Below, one piece after another: positions 20,174 to 32,236 of a stretch of 64,000 bases of DNA. How positions within the stretch are numbered: the stretch's first letter is position 1; every line of letters starts with the position of its first letter. The DNA is from Candidatus Poribacteria bacterium. GTDB taxonomy: Bacteria; Poribacteria; WGA-4E; PCPOR2b. The stretch lies in assembly GCA_965208675.1 (NCBI GenBank), contig OZ242351.1, positions 4,064,001 to 4,128,000 of the forward strand, in the 5' to 3' direction. The position numbers and the translations under genes are program-made. Below the pieces are notes generated by a model. That model saw only the letters and a list, made by a program, of their open reading frames with translations, was not told the origin of the DNA and did no database searches.

Positions 20174-23100
20174 TCAGTCGGCGGCCTGTTCATCAAGGGA
20201 CAGAATTGGCGAATCGGTTGGCGGCATAGGAGATTCCGGTTCTGTTCGCGGTAAAATCTCGATTTTCCTGAATTGCGATACGCCTGTTCCCGCTGGGATT
20301 AAACGCCCCATGATTACATTTTCCTTCAGTCCCTTGAGATAATCCCGTTTCCCTACAACAGTAGCTTTTGTCAGCACATTTGTAGTCTGCTGAAACGATG
20401 CGGCGGAAATGAAACTTTCTGTACTCAACGCCGCCTTAGTAATTCCTTGTAGAATTGGTTCCGCCATCGCCGGTTGTCCATCTTCACTCATGGCGTGGCG
20501 ATTGACTCGGTTGAACGTTGAACGATCTACCTCGTCATCCTCAAGGAATTCCGTACTCCCAGGGGACGTAATCCGAACCTTATTGAGCATGCGGCGAATA
20601 ATGACCTCAATATGTTTATCATTTATCCGTTCCCCTTGTGTGCGGTAAACTTCCTGCACCTCATTCACCAAATAGGATTGAACAGCTTCTTCGCCTTTGA
20701 CCTCTAATATGTCATGAGGGTTAATCGGACCGTCTGTCACGCGTTCGCCGGCTTCAACTAAATCCCCATCGTGAACGATAAGGTGTTTTCCCATCGGAAT
20801 GCGGTAAGGCCTGCTTGATACATCGGTATGCACAATCCGTAACTGCCGCATTCCACGGTTGATGCCTTCCAGCTTCACATGCCCCTCGATTTCGGCGATT
20901 ATTGCTGCATCCCTAGGACGGCGGGCTTCAAAGAGTTCAGTCACGCGAGGGAGACCGGTGACAATGTCCCGACTTTTTGCTGTTTCTCGTGGAAGCCGCG
21001 CCAAAACGGTGCCAGGAGTGACCATTTCCTCATCTGTCACGGAGAGGTGGGCTCCAGTTGGCATAAGGTAACTGGCCAAAAGTTCCTCATTGTCAGAATA
21101 GATTTCAATTCGTGGTTGATCCTCTCCCTTATATTCGATTATCACCCGTTCTGCCAATCCAGTGGCTTTATCTTCCCGCATGGTCCTGCCTTCAACAATA
21201 TCTTGAAACACTGCTTTCCCTTGATATTCTGTCAAAATCGGCACTCGATACGGATCCCATTCAAGAAGAAGTGATGGTGTCTGCTCCTCGGCATGCGGGT
21301 CGCCTTTGGTCACCCTCTGTCCTTCATCGACACATAGTCGTGCACCAATTTGCGCATCGTGACGCTCAATCACCCGTCCATTTTCATCAACAATCCGTAG
21401 TTGAGCGTTTCGAGAAAGCACAATCTTCTCAATTTCCGGCTGGCCATTGGTTGTTGATTTGTCCAAAGACGTATCATCAACCTGAACCGGATGTTCAACA
21501 AATCTGACACTGTGGTACTTGACCACACCGTCATGTCGCGCTTCAATTCGGGATTGGAAGCCACCACCGCTTACAGTTCCACCGGTGTGAAACGTCCGCA
21601 TCGTCAACTGGGTTCCGGGCTCGCCGATTGACTGCGCAGCAATAATGCCAATTGCTTCCCCCATATCGACCAACTGTCCGGTTGTCAAGTCTGTACCATA
21701 ACATAGCGCACACACGCCATGCGCAGCCTCACAAGTAAGTGCAGACCGAATGCGGAGGCTCGTTACGCCGACAGCTTCAATCTTATCCGCTATTTGACGG
21801 CTGATAAGCATATCTCTAGCAATAATGACTTCATTTGTGTTTGGATCTGAAATGTCCTCTGCAACTGTTCGGCCAGTGATGCGATCGGAGAAGGTGTCAT
21901 CTTCATCCTCGCTAGCCACCTTGGTAATGCCATTTAATGTCCCACAGTTCTTTGTGGTAATCATCATGTCTTGCGCTACGTCGACTAATTTGCGGGTCAG
22001 ATAACCACTGCTCGCGGTCTTAATCGCTGTGTCTGCCAACCCTTTTCGTGCACCGTGTGTAGAGATGAAGTATTCGAGCACGGATAATCCCTCTCGGAAA
22101 GACGATTCAATCGGTTGTTCGATGATTTCCCCGGATGGCTTGGTCATTAGTCCTCGCATGCCGCTTATCTGGCGAATCGATTCTTTTCTGGATCGGGCCC
22201 CGGAATCCACCATGATATGAACCGGATTAAATCCCTTTATCTCATCGTCACGTCCCTGTTCTAGTTCTTCGAACAATGCAGTTTCGATGTCTTCAATCAG
22301 TTGATGCCAGACATCAATGACTTTATTATATCGTTCTCCTGGGCTCATCCCGCCGCCCACATATGCCTCGTCAATCTCTGTTACTTGCGCTCGCGCTGCT
22401 TGGATAGATTCCTGTTTTTTTGATGGAACTATTAAATCTCCAATGCCAATCGAGATTCCAGCCACAGTCGCATAATGAAATCCGAGCTGTTTGAGTTCAT
22501 CAATAAATTCCACCGTACGGCGGTTTCCGAGTTCCTCAAAACAACGTGACACTAGACGTGAAAGATCTTTTCCCTGCATTTCCCAATTGATAAACGGGAT
22601 TTGCCGTTCAACTTTGGGATTGGTGAACATCAGGTCGTTTGGAATAATTTGGTTAAAAATTACCCGACCCACCGTTGTCTCAACCGGCGGTATTGCATCA
22701 TCAATGTGAAGCAGCACCGGATCGTGCAGACCCAAAATTCCACACTCATGAGCAAGAATCACTTCCTGTTGATTCTGATAGTGGCGTGGTGTTGCAATTT
22801 GACATACGCCATCTCGGTTTGCTTGAGGAATAGATTTTGTGAGGAAACTGCAACCGAGTACAACATCAAGATTGGGTACTGCCGTGGCCTCACCGTGAGC
22901 CGGCTTCAAGATGTTTCGAGTAGCCATCATGAGTAGCTTCGATTCAACCTGCGCTTCAACACTCAAAGGCACATGCACCGCCATCTGGTCTCCATCAAAG
23001 TCAGCGTTGAAGGCAGTGCAAACCAGAGGGTTGATTCGGATTGCCTTTCCTTCAACCAGTGACGGTTGAAACGCCTGAATCCCAAGGCGGTGGAGTGTCG

Positions 23101-24421
23101 GCGGGCGGTTGAGCAATACAGGATGTTCGTCAATCACCTCTTCAAGGACTTCCCACACCTCGGGAGAAACCTTTTCTGCCATATTCTTGGCACGTTTGAT
23201 AGTGTGAGCATATCCCTTTTCTTGTAGTTTTCGAATGATGAACGGCTTGAACAATTCCAGTGCCATAGCCTTGGGCAAGCCGCATTGATGTAGCTTAAGT
23301 TCGGGCCCCACAACTATGACAGATCTGCCCGAATAATCGACCCGTTTCCCGAGCAGGTTTTGGCGAAAACGTCCCACCTTACCTTTGAGCATGTCGCTCA
23401 AAGACTTCAACGGACGATTCCCCGGTCCGCGTACTACCCGACCATGCCGGCCATTGTCCAACAACGCATCAACAGCTTCTTGAAGCATTCGCTTTTCGTT
23501 CCGAATGATTACCTCTGGCGCACGCAATTCCATCAATCGTTTTAACCGATTGTTACGGTTGATTACCCGTCGGTACAAGTCATTGAGGTCGCTGGTTGCG
23601 AAACGTCCGCCGTCAAGTGCGACTAGTGGGCGTAAATCTGGTGGAATCACCGGTATTTCGGTAAGAATCATCCAATGCGGTTTGTTGCCCGATTTCAAAA
23701 AACCGAGCACCGATTTCAACCGTTTTGAAAGTTTCCGCGCTTTCTGTTTACTCCCAGTTTCGTCCAATTCAGCGCGCAGCGTTTGGGCTTCTTGCTCTAA
23801 ATCAATCCGTTCAAGCAGTTCTCGAATTGCTTCCGCCCCCATTTCAGCTCGGAAATCATACTGAGCTTTGTGTTTATTGTACTCCTCCTCTGACAGCAAC
23901 TGCTTTACCGCCAGTGGGCATTCCGAATCATTGACATCAAGCACAACGTACGCTTCAAAATAGAGTATTCGTTCAATGTCACGAAACGACAGATCCAAAA
24001 AGAGGCCGATTCGGGATGGCAGCCCTTTAAAGTACCATACATGTGAGACTGGCGCCGCCAACTGGATATATCCCATCCTTTCCCGGCGCACCTTTTGTTG
24101 AGTTACCTCAACACCGCAGCGATCACAAATCACCCCTTTATGCTTAATGCGTTTGTACTTTCCGCACGCACATTCCCAGTCCTTCTGAGGACCAAAAATC
24201 GCCTCACAAAATAAACCCTCGCGTTCCGGGCGAAACGTCCGATAGTTAATGGTTTCAGGTTTGCGAACCTCGGCGCAGTTGCACTCTCCCATCATCGGAC
24301 AAGGCCAGACTTTGCTCGCTCGTTTTTTGCAAGAAGCCTGTTTTGCCCAACTCTTAATCTGGTCTGGCGAGGCAATTCGGATGGAGATTGCATCAAAATT
24401 ATTCAAATTCTTTGTATCCAA
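20174..24421 (-). CDS. rpoC: RNA polymerase beta' subunit
   Basis: NADFDGD, Zn-binding CACG…[20 protein letters not shown] start after AAGGAG. Confidence 0.99.
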   Translation of the reverse strand: MDTKNLNNFDAISIRIASPDQIKSWAKQASCKKRASKVWPCPMMGECNCAEVRKPETINYRTFRPEREGLFCEAIFGPQKDWECACGKYKRIKHKGVICDRCGVEVTQQKVRRERMGYIQLAAPVSHVWYFKGLPSRIGLFLDLSFRDIERILYFEAYVVLDVNDSECPLAVKQLLSEEEYNKHKAQYDFRAEMGAEAIRELLERIDLEQEAQTLRAELDETGSKQKARKLSKRLKSVLGFLKSGNKPHWMILTEIPVIPPDLRPLVALDGGRFATSDLNDLYRRVINRNNRLKRLMELRAPEVIIRNEKRMLQEAVDALLDNGRHGRVVRGPGNRPLKSLSDMLKGKVGRFRQNLLGKRVDYSGRSVIVVGPELKLHQCGLPKAMALELFKPFIIRKLQEKGYAHTIKRAKNMAEKVSPEVWEVLEEVIDEHPVLLNRPPTLHRLGIQAFQPSLVEGKAIRINPLVCTAFNADFDGDQMAVHVPLSVEAQVESKLLMMATRNILKPAHGEATAVPNLDVVLGCSFLTKSIPQANRDGVCQIATPRHYQNQQEVILAHECGILGLHDPVLLHIDDAIPPVETTVGRVIFNQIIPNDLMFTNPKVERQIPFINWEMQGKDLSRLVSRCFEELGNRRTVEFIDELKQLGFHYATVAGISIGIGDLIVPSKKQESIQAARAQVTEIDEAYVGGGMSPGERYNKVIDVWHQLIEDIETALFEELEQGRDDEIKGFNPVHIMVDSGARSRKESIRQISGMRGLMTKPSGEIIEQPIESSFREGLSVLEYFISTHGARKGLADTAIKTASSGYLTRKLVDVAQDMMITTKNCGTLNGITKVASEDEDDTFSDRITGRTVAEDISDPNTNEVIIARDMLISRQIADKIEAVGVTSLRIRSALTCEAAHGVCALCYGTDLTTGQLVDMGEAIGIIAAQSIGEPGTQLTMRTFHTGGTVSGGGFQSRIEARHDGVVKYHSVRFVEHPVQVDDTSLDKSTTNGQPEIEKIVLSRNAQLRIVDENGRVIERHDAQIGARLCVDEGQRVTKGDPHAEEQTPSLLLEWDPYRVPILTEYQGKAVFQDIVEGRTMREDKATGLAERVIIEYKGEDQPRIEIYSDNEELLASYLMPTGAHLSVTDEEMVTPGTVLARLPRETAKSRDIVTGLPRVTELFEARRPRDAAIIAEIEGHVKLEGINRGMRQLRIVHTDVSSRPYRIPMGKHLIVHDGDLVEAGERVTDGPINPHDILEVKGEEAVQSYLVNEVQEVYRTQGERINDKHIEVIIRRMLNKVRITSPGSTEFLEDDEVDRSTFNRVNRHAMSEDGQPAMAEPILQGITKAALSTESFISAASFQQTTNVLTKATVVGKRDYLKGLKENVIMGRLIPAGTGVSQFRKIEILPRTEPESPMPPTDSPILSLDEQAAD

Positions 24422-24500
24422 GGTGCTTCTCCTTATACATAGGGGTATATGGAAAGTTGCTAATTTCTCAATGCTTTAATTTCTGGGTCAATTTCTTAGC

Positions 24501-27500
24501 TCAATTCTTATCCTCCCAGTTCGTCGCATCCGCATCAAACTCAAGTTCTTCGGGGACATCTCCGATTTCCTCAAGGTCAACATCTAGGCACAAACTCTGA
24601 AGCTCCTTGACTAGCACGTTAAAGGACTCCGGTGTGCCGGGTGCCGGGGCATTTTCGCCCTTGACAATGGCCTCATATATCTTACTTCTACCGGCGACAT
24701 CATCCGATTTGATGGTCAACAACTCTTGGAGGGTGTAGGCAGCGCCATAAGCTTCCAAAGCCCAAACTTCCATCTCGCCAAATCGTTGTCCGCCTTGTTG
24801 AGCTTTTCCACCCAGTGGTTGCTGCGTCACCAAGGAGTAAGGTCCAGTGCTGCGGGCATGAATCTTATCGTCTACCAAGTGGTTCAACTTGAGAATGTAG
24901 GCATAGCCGACAGTGGTTTCCTGCTCGAAATGAGAACCGGTTCGACCGTCGAAGAGTTTTGCTTTTCCGGTTGGCGGGAGTCCTGCATCATTCAGCAATT
25001 CCTGTATCTCGTTTTCTGTGGCGCCGTCGAAAACAGGCGTTGCGATGTATAACCCTAATTTTTCAACCGCCCATCCGAGATGTGTTTCGAGAATCTGTCC
25101 GACATTCATGCGCGAGGGCACGCCCAATGGGTTTAACACAATCTCGACAGGGGTGCCATCTTCCAAATAAGGCATATCTTCCTGGGGAAGAATTTTTGCG
25201 ACTACCCCCTTGTTTCCATGCCGCCCAGCTATCTTATCGCCAACAGCAATTTTTCGCCGATTGGCAACATAGACCTTGACAAGTTTAATTACGCCCGGCT
25301 TGAGTTCGTCACCTTTGCGAATCTTCTCAATCTTCGCCTCCTTTTCCGTTGTTAAGGCTTCGACTCGACCTTTCGCCAAATAACGAATGCGGGCAATGCG
25401 TTCCATGGCTTCAGAATCCGTCACTTGAAAATCCTCAAGAGGAACACCGCTGTCAATAATTTCTTCAATAACCACATCCCCACGCTGCGCCACAATCTCT
25501 TCTTCCATATCTTCTGCTGCGGATTTCCGAAGTTCGTTAGCAAGCGTCCCGCCCAATAGTGCATTTCGAATCTCTGCATGTTCTCGCTGTTGAATTAGCG
25601 CACATTTGGACTCCCACTCTTTTTCCACTTCTTTCTCTTTGGCGGCTTCCCGAAGCTGTGCTTGACGATCCTTGTCCCTATCTCTTCGAGAGAAGACTCT
25701 GACATCAATAACTACGCCTTCAACACCCGTCCTGGCATACGTCGAGGCGTCGCGCACTTCTCCCACTTTTTCTCCGAAGATCGCGCGCAGCAGTTTCTCT
25801 TCAGGCCCGAGATCGCTTTCCCCTTTCGGAGTTACCTTCCCGACAAGTATACTGCCTTGTCTGACAATCGATCCGACTCGGATAATCCCCTCGTCGTCAA
25901 GCTGGCTAAGCGCTTCTTCAGGGAGGTTAGGAATATCACGGGTGATTTCTTCTCGCCCCATCTTTGTATCTCGTGCTTCAACTTCAAACTCATCAATGTG
26001 AATAGAGGTAAAAGTATCATCAGTCACCAGTGATTCACTGATTAAAATGGCGTCTTCAAAGTTATAGCCTTCCCACGGCATAAAGGCTACGAGTACATTG
26101 CTGCCTAGTGCAAGTTCGCCGTTATCAGTGGCTGTGCCGTCCGCGATTACCTGCCTGGCATTGACCTTTTCGCCGACATCAACACAGGGACGTTGATGGA
26201 TGCATGTCCCGCTGTTGGATCGCCTAAAGTTCATTAGGCGGTAAACATCGTAGCCCATTTCCGAAAAGGATTGTTCCCCGCCGTCAACATTAAAGGCATC
26301 TTCCGTGCGGATGATAATCTCAGATGCAGAAACGCTTTCAACAGTCCCGTCTCGCTTTGCCAAAACCACTGCGCCCGAATCTCGGGCAGCTTTGGATTCC
26401 ATGCCAGTCCCGATTCGGGGCGCTTCGGGGCTAATCAGAGGCACAGCTTGGCGCTGCATGTTACTCCCCATTAACGCCCGGTTCGCATCGTCATGTTCAA
26501 GGAATGGAATGAGCGCCGCAGATACCCCCACAATCTGCTTGGGGGACACATCTATGTAATCAATTTCTTTGGGAGATTTCCGAGGAAAATCCCCCTGATA
26601 TCGGGTGACCAACCCATCCCCAACCAGTTTGCCGCGTTTATCAAGCAATGTATTTGCTTGTGCAATCGCAAAATCATCCTCTTTGTCCGCTGTCAGATAG
26701 TCAATCTGATCCGTGGCTCGTCCTTTGACCACCTTGCGGTACGGAGTTTCCAGAAAACCGTAGGCGTTTACCCGTGCGTATGTGCTCAGCGAGACAATCA
26801 AGCCGACGGATGGCCCTTCTGGAGTCTCGATCGGACACACCCTGCCGTAGTGAGTGCGGTGAACATCGCGCACCTCAAAAGTTGCACGTTCACGGTGCAA
26901 TCCCCCCGGGCCAAGCGCGCTGAGTCGACGTTTGTGGGTCAATTCGTCTAGCGGGTTAGTCTGCTGCATAAATTGGGAGAGTTGGCTGGATCCAAAGAAA
27001 TCTTTAATTGCCGCCGCCAATGGTTTGGGGTTAATGAGATCCGTCGCGGTGACGTTTTCAAGCTCTTGGATTGTCATGCGCTCACGGGTTGCCCGCGTGA
27101 CACGCATTATACCCATCCGCACCTGGTTTTGCAGCAACTCCCCGACCGCTCGCACGCGTCGATTACCCAGGTGATCGATATCGTCGGTTACTCCATCGCC
27201 GTTTTGGAGGTCAATCAGGTATTTGAGCGCTGCTGCAATGTCTTCTTTACGCAGGGTACGCACGCCTTCATCAACCATTCCGTTGCCATTATGGTAAATG
27301 GGAAGTCCACCCAGTTTTTCGTTGAGCTTGTAACGTCCGACTCGAGATAGGTCATATCGGACTGGATCGAAGACCATCTTTTCAAAACGGTTGCGTGCGC
27401 TCTCTATTGTCGGCGGATCGCCCGGCTGGAGTTTGCGGAAAATTTCCACCAAAGCCTGATCTTGAATATGCCCAGCTTTATAATCAGATTGGCGGTCACG

Positions 27501-28418
27501 TTCTAGGGTATTCCTTAACAATCGGATTTCTTCCGCATCCTTTTCGTCCAATACTTCAACCTTATCGACTCCCGATTCTATGCATGCAGTCAGGCAATCA
27601 TTCGTCAGCTCTGTGTTGGCTTCCAACAGCACCTCTCCGGTATCCGGATTGACTACCGGGCTGGCTGTGATTCGACTTTCTAGCGCCCCAATCGTAGCGG
27701 CGTCATTCACAATTTCGTAGCTATTGACATTCGCAAATAGCTTGAGAATCTGCTCATCGGTTTCCCAACCGAGTGCGCGGAGCAGCACGGTAATGAGCAT
27801 TTTTTTGCGCCGAGCCAAACGGACATGAATCAAATCTTTGATGTCGCATTCAAACTCTATCCACTCGCCGCGATACGGGATAATCCTTGCCGTGAACAGT
27901 TTTTGCCCGCTGGTATGGGTATCTTCGCTAAAGGTTGCTCCAGGCGAACGGTGAAGTTGGCTGACAATCACCCGTTCTGCACCGTTGATTACGAATGTGC
28001 CATTTTCCGTCATTAACGGAAGTTCACCCATATAGACTTCGTTTTCTTTGATGTCAATCGTGTTCTTGTCACCAGTGTCTTTATCCTGCTCTCGAAAAAC
28101 CAAACGGACGCGAACCTTGAGCGGCACCGCGTAGGTAAATCCGCGAGATTGACATTCGTTAATATCGTATTTGGGGGAACTAAGGGTGTAATTAACATAT
28201 TCGAGGCTGGAAGTTTCGCTAAAATCCATAATTGGGAAAATTTCGCTGAAGATGGCTTGCAACCCAATATCTTCACGTTCATCGGGAGCGACGTTTCGCT
28301 GTAGGAACTTGTCGTAGGAGAACTTTTGGACCTCAATCAGGTCGGGGAGATTCATAATCTCCGGGATTTTTGCGAAGGGACGTCGGTCACGCTTACCAAA
28401 TTCGATGCGGTGGGGCAT
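24501..28418 (-). CDS. rpoB: RNA polymerase beta subunit
   Basis: [44 protein letters not shown]. Confidence 0.99.
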   Translation of the reverse strand: MPHRIEFGKRDRRPFAKIPEIMNLPDLIEVQKFSYDKFLQRNVAPDEREDIGLQAIFSEIFPIMDFSETSSLEYVNYTLSSPKYDINECQSRGFTYAVPLKVRVRLVFREQDKDTGDKNTIDIKENEVYMGELPLMTENGTFVINGAERVIVSQLHRSPGATFSEDTHTSGQKLFTARIIPYRGEWIEFECDIKDLIHVRLARRKKMLITVLLRALGWETDEQILKLFANVNSYEIVNDAATIGALESRITASPVVNPDTGEVLLEANTELTNDCLTACIESGVDKVEVLDEKDAEEIRLLRNTLERDRQSDYKAGHIQDQALVEIFRKLQPGDPPTIESARNRFEKMVFDPVRYDLSRVGRYKLNEKLGGLPIYHNGNGMVDEGVRTLRKEDIAAALKYLIDLQNGDGVTDDIDHLGNRRVRAVGELLQNQVRMGIMRVTRATRERMTIQELENVTATDLINPKPLAAAIKDFFGSSQLSQFMQQTNPLDELTHKRRLSALGPGGLHRERATFEVRDVHRTHYGRVCPIETPEGPSVGLIVSLSTYARVNAYGFLETPYRKVVKGRATDQIDYLTADKEDDFAIAQANTLLDKRGKLVGDGLVTRYQGDFPRKSPKEIDYIDVSPKQIVGVSAALIPFLEHDDANRALMGSNMQRQAVPLISPEAPRIGTGMESKAARDSGAVVLAKRDGTVESVSASEIIIRTEDAFNVDGGEQSFSEMGYDVYRLMNFRRSNSGTCIHQRPCVDVGEKVNARQVIADGTATDNGELALGSNVLVAFMPWEGYNFEDAILISESLVTDDTFTSIHIDEFEVEARDTKMGREEITRDIPNLPEEALSQLDDEGIIRVGSIVRQGSILVGKVTPKGESDLGPEEKLLRAIFGEKVGEVRDASTYARTGVEGVVIDVRVFSRRDRDKDRQAQLREAAKEKEVEKEWESKCALIQQREHAEIRNALLGGTLANELRKSAAEDMEEEIVAQRGDVVIEEIIDSGVPLEDFQVTDSEAMERIARIRYLAKGRVEALTTEKEAKIEKIRKGDELKPGVIKLVKVYVANRRKIAVGDKIAGRHGNKGVVAKILPQEDMPYLEDGTPVEIVLNPLGVPSRMNVGQILETHLGWAVEKLGLYIATPVFDGATENEIQELLNDAGLPPTGKAKLFDGRTGSHFEQETTVGYAYILKLNHLVDDKIHARSTGPYSLVTQQPLGGKAQQGGQRFGEMEVWALEAYGAAYTLQELLTIKSDDVAGRSKIYEAIVKGENAPAPGTPESFNVLVKELQSLCLDVDLEEIGDVPEELEFDADATNWEDKN

Positions 28419-28491
28419 ACTTTCACCTTTATACTTAGAAGGTTAAAGGGGGATGGCGCAATGTTCAAATTGTAAACCACGCAAACCTAAT

Positions 28492-28520
28492 ATTATACAG
28501 AAAGATTTTTCCAATGTCAA
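28492..28520 (-). promoter_or_regulatory. Perfect-consensus sigma-70 promoter for rpoBC
   Basis: Minus strand TTGACA-17 nt-TATAAT, ending 73 nt upstream of the rpoB ATG. Confidence 0.85.
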
Positions 28521-28700
28521 GTTCTCTACTTAAATTTCTACACTTAAAACGAAAAAAGGTTGCCTTAAGTATAAAAAATTTTGTGCAAACTACTGATTGA
28601 TAGCTTTTTTGTCGCCGTGCGGTGGTATCAATACTAGGGTTGGGCATGACCGGATTGGGGATGCCACTGATCAACACGAACATGTTCTATCTGATTAGAC

Positions 28701-28896
28701 GTAAATCGTTGTGTTTGGCTTTAGAGTAGCGTGGTAAGACGGTGCGCGGGTAAGTAGATTAACGAACGCATTTGGCGGATTTTCAGGAACTTCAAGGGTA
28801 TTCCGCAGATAATTTTTCGATCATTTCCTTTTCATTGGCTAGGCCTTCATCTGAATGTACAGCGGTTGTTAGACAGTAAATCGCCGCCTCGCTGCA
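28701..28896. repeat. Direct repeat copy 1 (~196 bp)
   Basis: Hand alignment to 35413-35607 gives about 22 differences including one 1-nt indel (~89% identity). Confidence 0.93.
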
Positions 28897-28945
28897 AATA
28901 TGTGTAAAATGCTTGCTCCTTTTCTTCAAATTTATCGTGACGACC

Positions 28946-31900
28946 TCAATCTTCACTTTCATAGAGGTTCTCATAATAGAATACTACTGTTTTTATATCC
29001 TGCCAGTGTTTCTCCTTAAATTGAATGCGTATGGTAGAGTCGTTAATTTCTAACAACACTTCGGGGTCATCTGAGTCCCGCAGCACTCTGTACAGCGTTT
29101 TCCGAGCCTTCTTACGGCGCTTTACGTATTCCTTGTACCTTGCCGCACACTCCGGACACAGCGCCAAATATTGAGCTTCGTGTTCTTTCGGGAAATACTT
29201 TTTATTCAGAGCTTCCACAGCCTCAAAGTAATCTTCATGAGAGTTATACTTTTTGAACGGCATGGCCTGTCTACACATTTGGCATTCTATTTCGTTTATT
29301 CCCGTGGAATACTCTCCTATCAAGCGAGTTCTAGGGTCAATGCTGGCACGGGAAATTCGAATACGTCGCGCGCGGTCCTCATATCGACTTTCCTCGGCAT
29401 GGCTAAGACCGATAATGAGTAGTTCTTTCCGCCGCTCTTTGCGGCGGATATTGTCAACAATGCCTTCTAATTCGTCAAGCGATTTTCCTTGTGCCCTAAA
29501 TTCATTAGCAATTTCTGCCATCTTCTCAGCTTCGTCAGCGGAGTCGAACCCTATTTCCTGAGCACGTTCATTTAGCAGAATATATTCCGTCTCTTGTTCT
29601 CTAGCAGTCTTGCCAAATTCAACTGCTTCAAGCCACGCTTGACCCTTATCGTATTGAAAGCCTTCAAGCAGGAGTTCAACTGATGCATTACATGGACGCT
29701 CAAAAGAGGTAGAGTCCCCATTTTTCTGTGGAACCCATTTTACCTTTCTTAACTCATGCACAAGGCTACTATGTCCCCCTCTGTGCCGATGGGATTGGTT
29801 ACATTGGTACACTGCTTTCAGGTAGCTTTCTGGCAGGGAACACATCGTTAACCAGATCAACCTTGATTTTTCAGTCGTAGGATTTTCAATTAAAATCTTG
29901 CATTCCGATATTGTGTAATCTTTATTTGTCCCGGTATCCGACCTCCATTGCCCTAGAGCATTTTCAACAAGATAGTGGTATTCGGGATGTTGCCGGGGAA
30001 TCCGTTGCTCGGTAGGTTGCAGTTTAGTTTGGGTCCCAACAGCTTCCGCGAATTTCGCGAACCTTGCTAGGTCTACACCGGAGGTTTTGTATTTCAATGA
30101 AAGGGGCCACTTTCTGTCCTCCGAAACCTCGTCGATAGCTTCAAAATACGATTTCAAACCGGTGTCAAGATAGGGAGAATCCAGAAAGGTTTTTTTTGGA
30201 GATGCCCACATTCTTTTGTTGTCCGAATCCTTATCAATTTGAAGAATAGGGTAAGATGTGAACAACTTCGCTTTAGCTGAATCCGCTTCTACGAGTTTGA
30301 TGAATCTCTCCAAGTCGGCCTCTCGAGGTTTGATTAACCCACTTGTGTTTCGCGTGTATCGCTGATTCAAAATCACCTTAATCCGTTCGACTTCGTCAAC
30401 TTCACGAACGCCGATAGTTTCAAGAAACTCGTGGGCTTTTTTCTGCTGATCTTTATTTTGTCCGGATGAATAAACTCCTTTAGCAACGTAGAAAAAATAT
30501 TCCTCGTGCCCATCTTCCTCTTGAATCTGGAGCTGGGTTTCCTCCTCAAGGGCTACGACATCATTGAACAAATCTACTTCAGGCTCCGCGTCACCGTTTA
30601 GAAAGTAACATTCGCGTCCGGATCTGTGGCGACCATCGCTGCAGCGAACAATGCGAAGTGTTTCCAAACTGGTGCGATATTGTTGTCCTTCGATGTAATT
30701 CCACCTTATAGAGGAAATAAAATCATCAAGCAAGGCATAGAATCTTTGGTGCCAAATCTCCGATTTTTCCTTAAGCCATTCCATTACTAGGTTAGACTGA
30801 AGCTCTAGCACCCTAATCAAGTCTTCAATTTTCCACTCGCGGATATGCAACATGGAGAGGAAATCTTCGATTCTTTTATTTCGTCGCTGAGCATTGGTAT
30901 CTTGGACAAATCGTCCACTTCTTTCATCTCGCTTTTGCGTTAGTTGTGATGTATTGGCAACCCATAGCGGTGTAGCTTTGTCTTTTCCGAGAAGTATGGC
31001 TAGATCTTCATCCTGGATCAAACTGGATAATCCTCTTCCGCTTCGATCTTGGTAGAGTTTCGACGCGGCCTCATAATCGCCCCGTTTCGTTGGTGTTATT
31101 TTTTCATTCTGAAATTCATGAACTATGGTATCACGGAGGGGGGTATAGAACTCAGGTATTACATCCTCCTGATTTGGAAGAACCGACAGAAACTCGATTG
31201 TCAGAAAATTTCTTCCTCTCAGATACGGGAGTGACTCCTTCAGCAATTCGCATGTTAACTTCATGAGATGGAGATTAAAATCATCAGTTATTGATATTGT
31301 TTCTCTGGCCGGGTTTGTGCGGTAAGGGCCATTTAGCATGAACTTTAAGCCCGTTTTTTCTTTTGTCTTGAAGAGTACGTAGAGTGAATCATCTTCTATT
31401 GGCGAGAGTCGTTCCTGTGCATCGATCATAAAGGCAATCTCTACGGCTTTATACGGTTGATTCTCCCATTTCGGAACTTTCGATAACGCTACGTATTGAT
31501 TTTCCTGTTTTCCATCTGTAATTGTAGTGAATCGTACATTAGCATCCATCTCGTCTTCGCGTCGGTAACACGCGGAGTGATTTTCTATTTCCCAACGTAT
31601 TTCCTGAATATTCCGCGTGAACAGCAATGTGTTCAGGTCGAGTGTAGTGAGACATTCCGATATTTGCGTGTATGCTTCTTCACGCCGTACTAGTTTTTCG
31701 ACAAAATCCGGTTGTTCGGATTCGTGATTGAAGGGAAGAACAATGCGAGTTCGGGAACGTGAAAAACCATCGGGATAGGGATATTCTCTGACACGGTAAA
31801 GACCGTCTATTTGGAAGTGTTCATTGCCTGAAATGATAGTTGGTATTGCTGTGAATGCGAAAACCGACTTGAAGCCTACACCGAAACGCCCTGTTTTTAC

Positions 31901-32170
31901 GAGAACGTCTCGACTCGTGCTTTTACCGAAGTAAGTGATTGCTTCAACATTTTTCTCGGTAAAAGGTTCTCCATTGTGTTCAATCACAATGGCATTTTTG
32001 GAAAGTTTGAAGCATATTATCGTCGCCCCGTAGTCATCTGCATTCTGTAGAATCTCGTACACAAAGTGTGTAGAATCTGAGTACATAGAGACCTGTGTTT
32101 TCCGAGAGGCGGTATCTTCCCCCAATTGTTTTTCGTTATGTGCTGTTATTGCTTTGTAATCACTCGGAAT
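28946..32170 (-). CDS. Sacsin-like GHKL/HSP90-type ATPase with C-terminal Zn/HNH-like domain
   Basis: YEILQNADD, HNGEPF, GRFGVGFKSVF (GHKL boxes); C-terminal CQMC…YFEAVE…LALCPEC. The frame is open 15 codons upstream of TTG 32125 to an ATT placed 8 nt after AAGGAG. Confidence 0.8.
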   Translation of the reverse strand: MPSDYKAITAHNEKQLGEDTASRKTQVSMYSDSTHFVYEILQNADDYGATIICFKLSKNAIVIEHNGEPFTEKNVEAITYFGKSTSRDVLVKTGRFGVGFKSVFAFTAIPTIISGNEHFQIDGLYRVREYPYPDGFSRSRTRIVLPFNHESEQPDFVEKLVRREEAYTQISECLTTLDLNTLLFTRNIQEIRWEIENHSACYRREDEMDANVRFTTITDGKQENQYVALSKVPKWENQPYKAVEIAFMIDAQERLSPIEDDSLYVLFKTKEKTGLKFMLNGPYRTNPARETISITDDFNLHLMKLTCELLKESLPYLRGRNFLTIEFLSVLPNQEDVIPEFYTPLRDTIVHEFQNEKITPTKRGDYEAASKLYQDRSGRGLSSLIQDEDLAILLGKDKATPLWVANTSQLTQKRDERSGRFVQDTNAQRRNKRIEDFLSMLHIREWKIEDLIRVLELQSNLVMEWLKEKSEIWHQRFYALLDDFISSIRWNYIEGQQYRTSLETLRIVRCSDGRHRSGRECYFLNGDAEPEVDLFNDVVALEEETQLQIQEEDGHEEYFFYVAKGVYSSGQNKDQQKKAHEFLETIGVREVDEVERIKVILNQRYTRNTSGLIKPREADLERFIKLVEADSAKAKLFTSYPILQIDKDSDNKRMWASPKKTFLDSPYLDTGLKSYFEAIDEVSEDRKWPLSLKYKTSGVDLARFAKFAEAVGTQTKLQPTEQRIPRQHPEYHYLVENALGQWRSDTGTNKDYTISECKILIENPTTEKSRLIWLTMCSLPESYLKAVYQCNQSHRHRGGHSSLVHELRKVKWVPQKNGDSTSFERPCNASVELLLEGFQYDKGQAWLEAVEFGKTAREQETEYILLNERAQEIGFDSADEAEKMAEIANEFRAQGKSLDELEGIVDNIRRKERRKELLIIGLSHAEESRYEDRARRIRISRASIDPRTRLIGEYSTGINEIECQMCRQAMPFKKYNSHEDYFEAVEALNKKYFPKEHEAQYLALCPECAARYKEYVKRRKKARKTLYRVLRDSDDPEVLLEINDSTIRIQFKEKHWQDIKTVVFYYENLYESED

Positions 32171-32236
32171 GTGATCATCTCCTTGCAGGTGTCATAGACG
32201 TATTCATTGCACTTCTACAAATAAAAATCTAAATTT

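Noticed and set aside
20151-28336. Many antisense and alternative-frame ORFs over rpoB/rpoC and other long genes
   Set aside because: Shadow ORFs of conserved genes with no independent coding signal.
28790-28800. Conserved TGA in both repeat copies as a possible selenocysteine codon
   Set aside because: No Cys/redox context, and another in-frame stop follows within three codons in both copies.
28780-28880. GTCTAAC on the minus strand inside repeat copy 1, resembling an integron attC R'' box
   Set aside because: No matching GTTRRRY at a suitable distance, no long imperfect palindrome, the motif is not preserved in copy 2, and there is no integrase.
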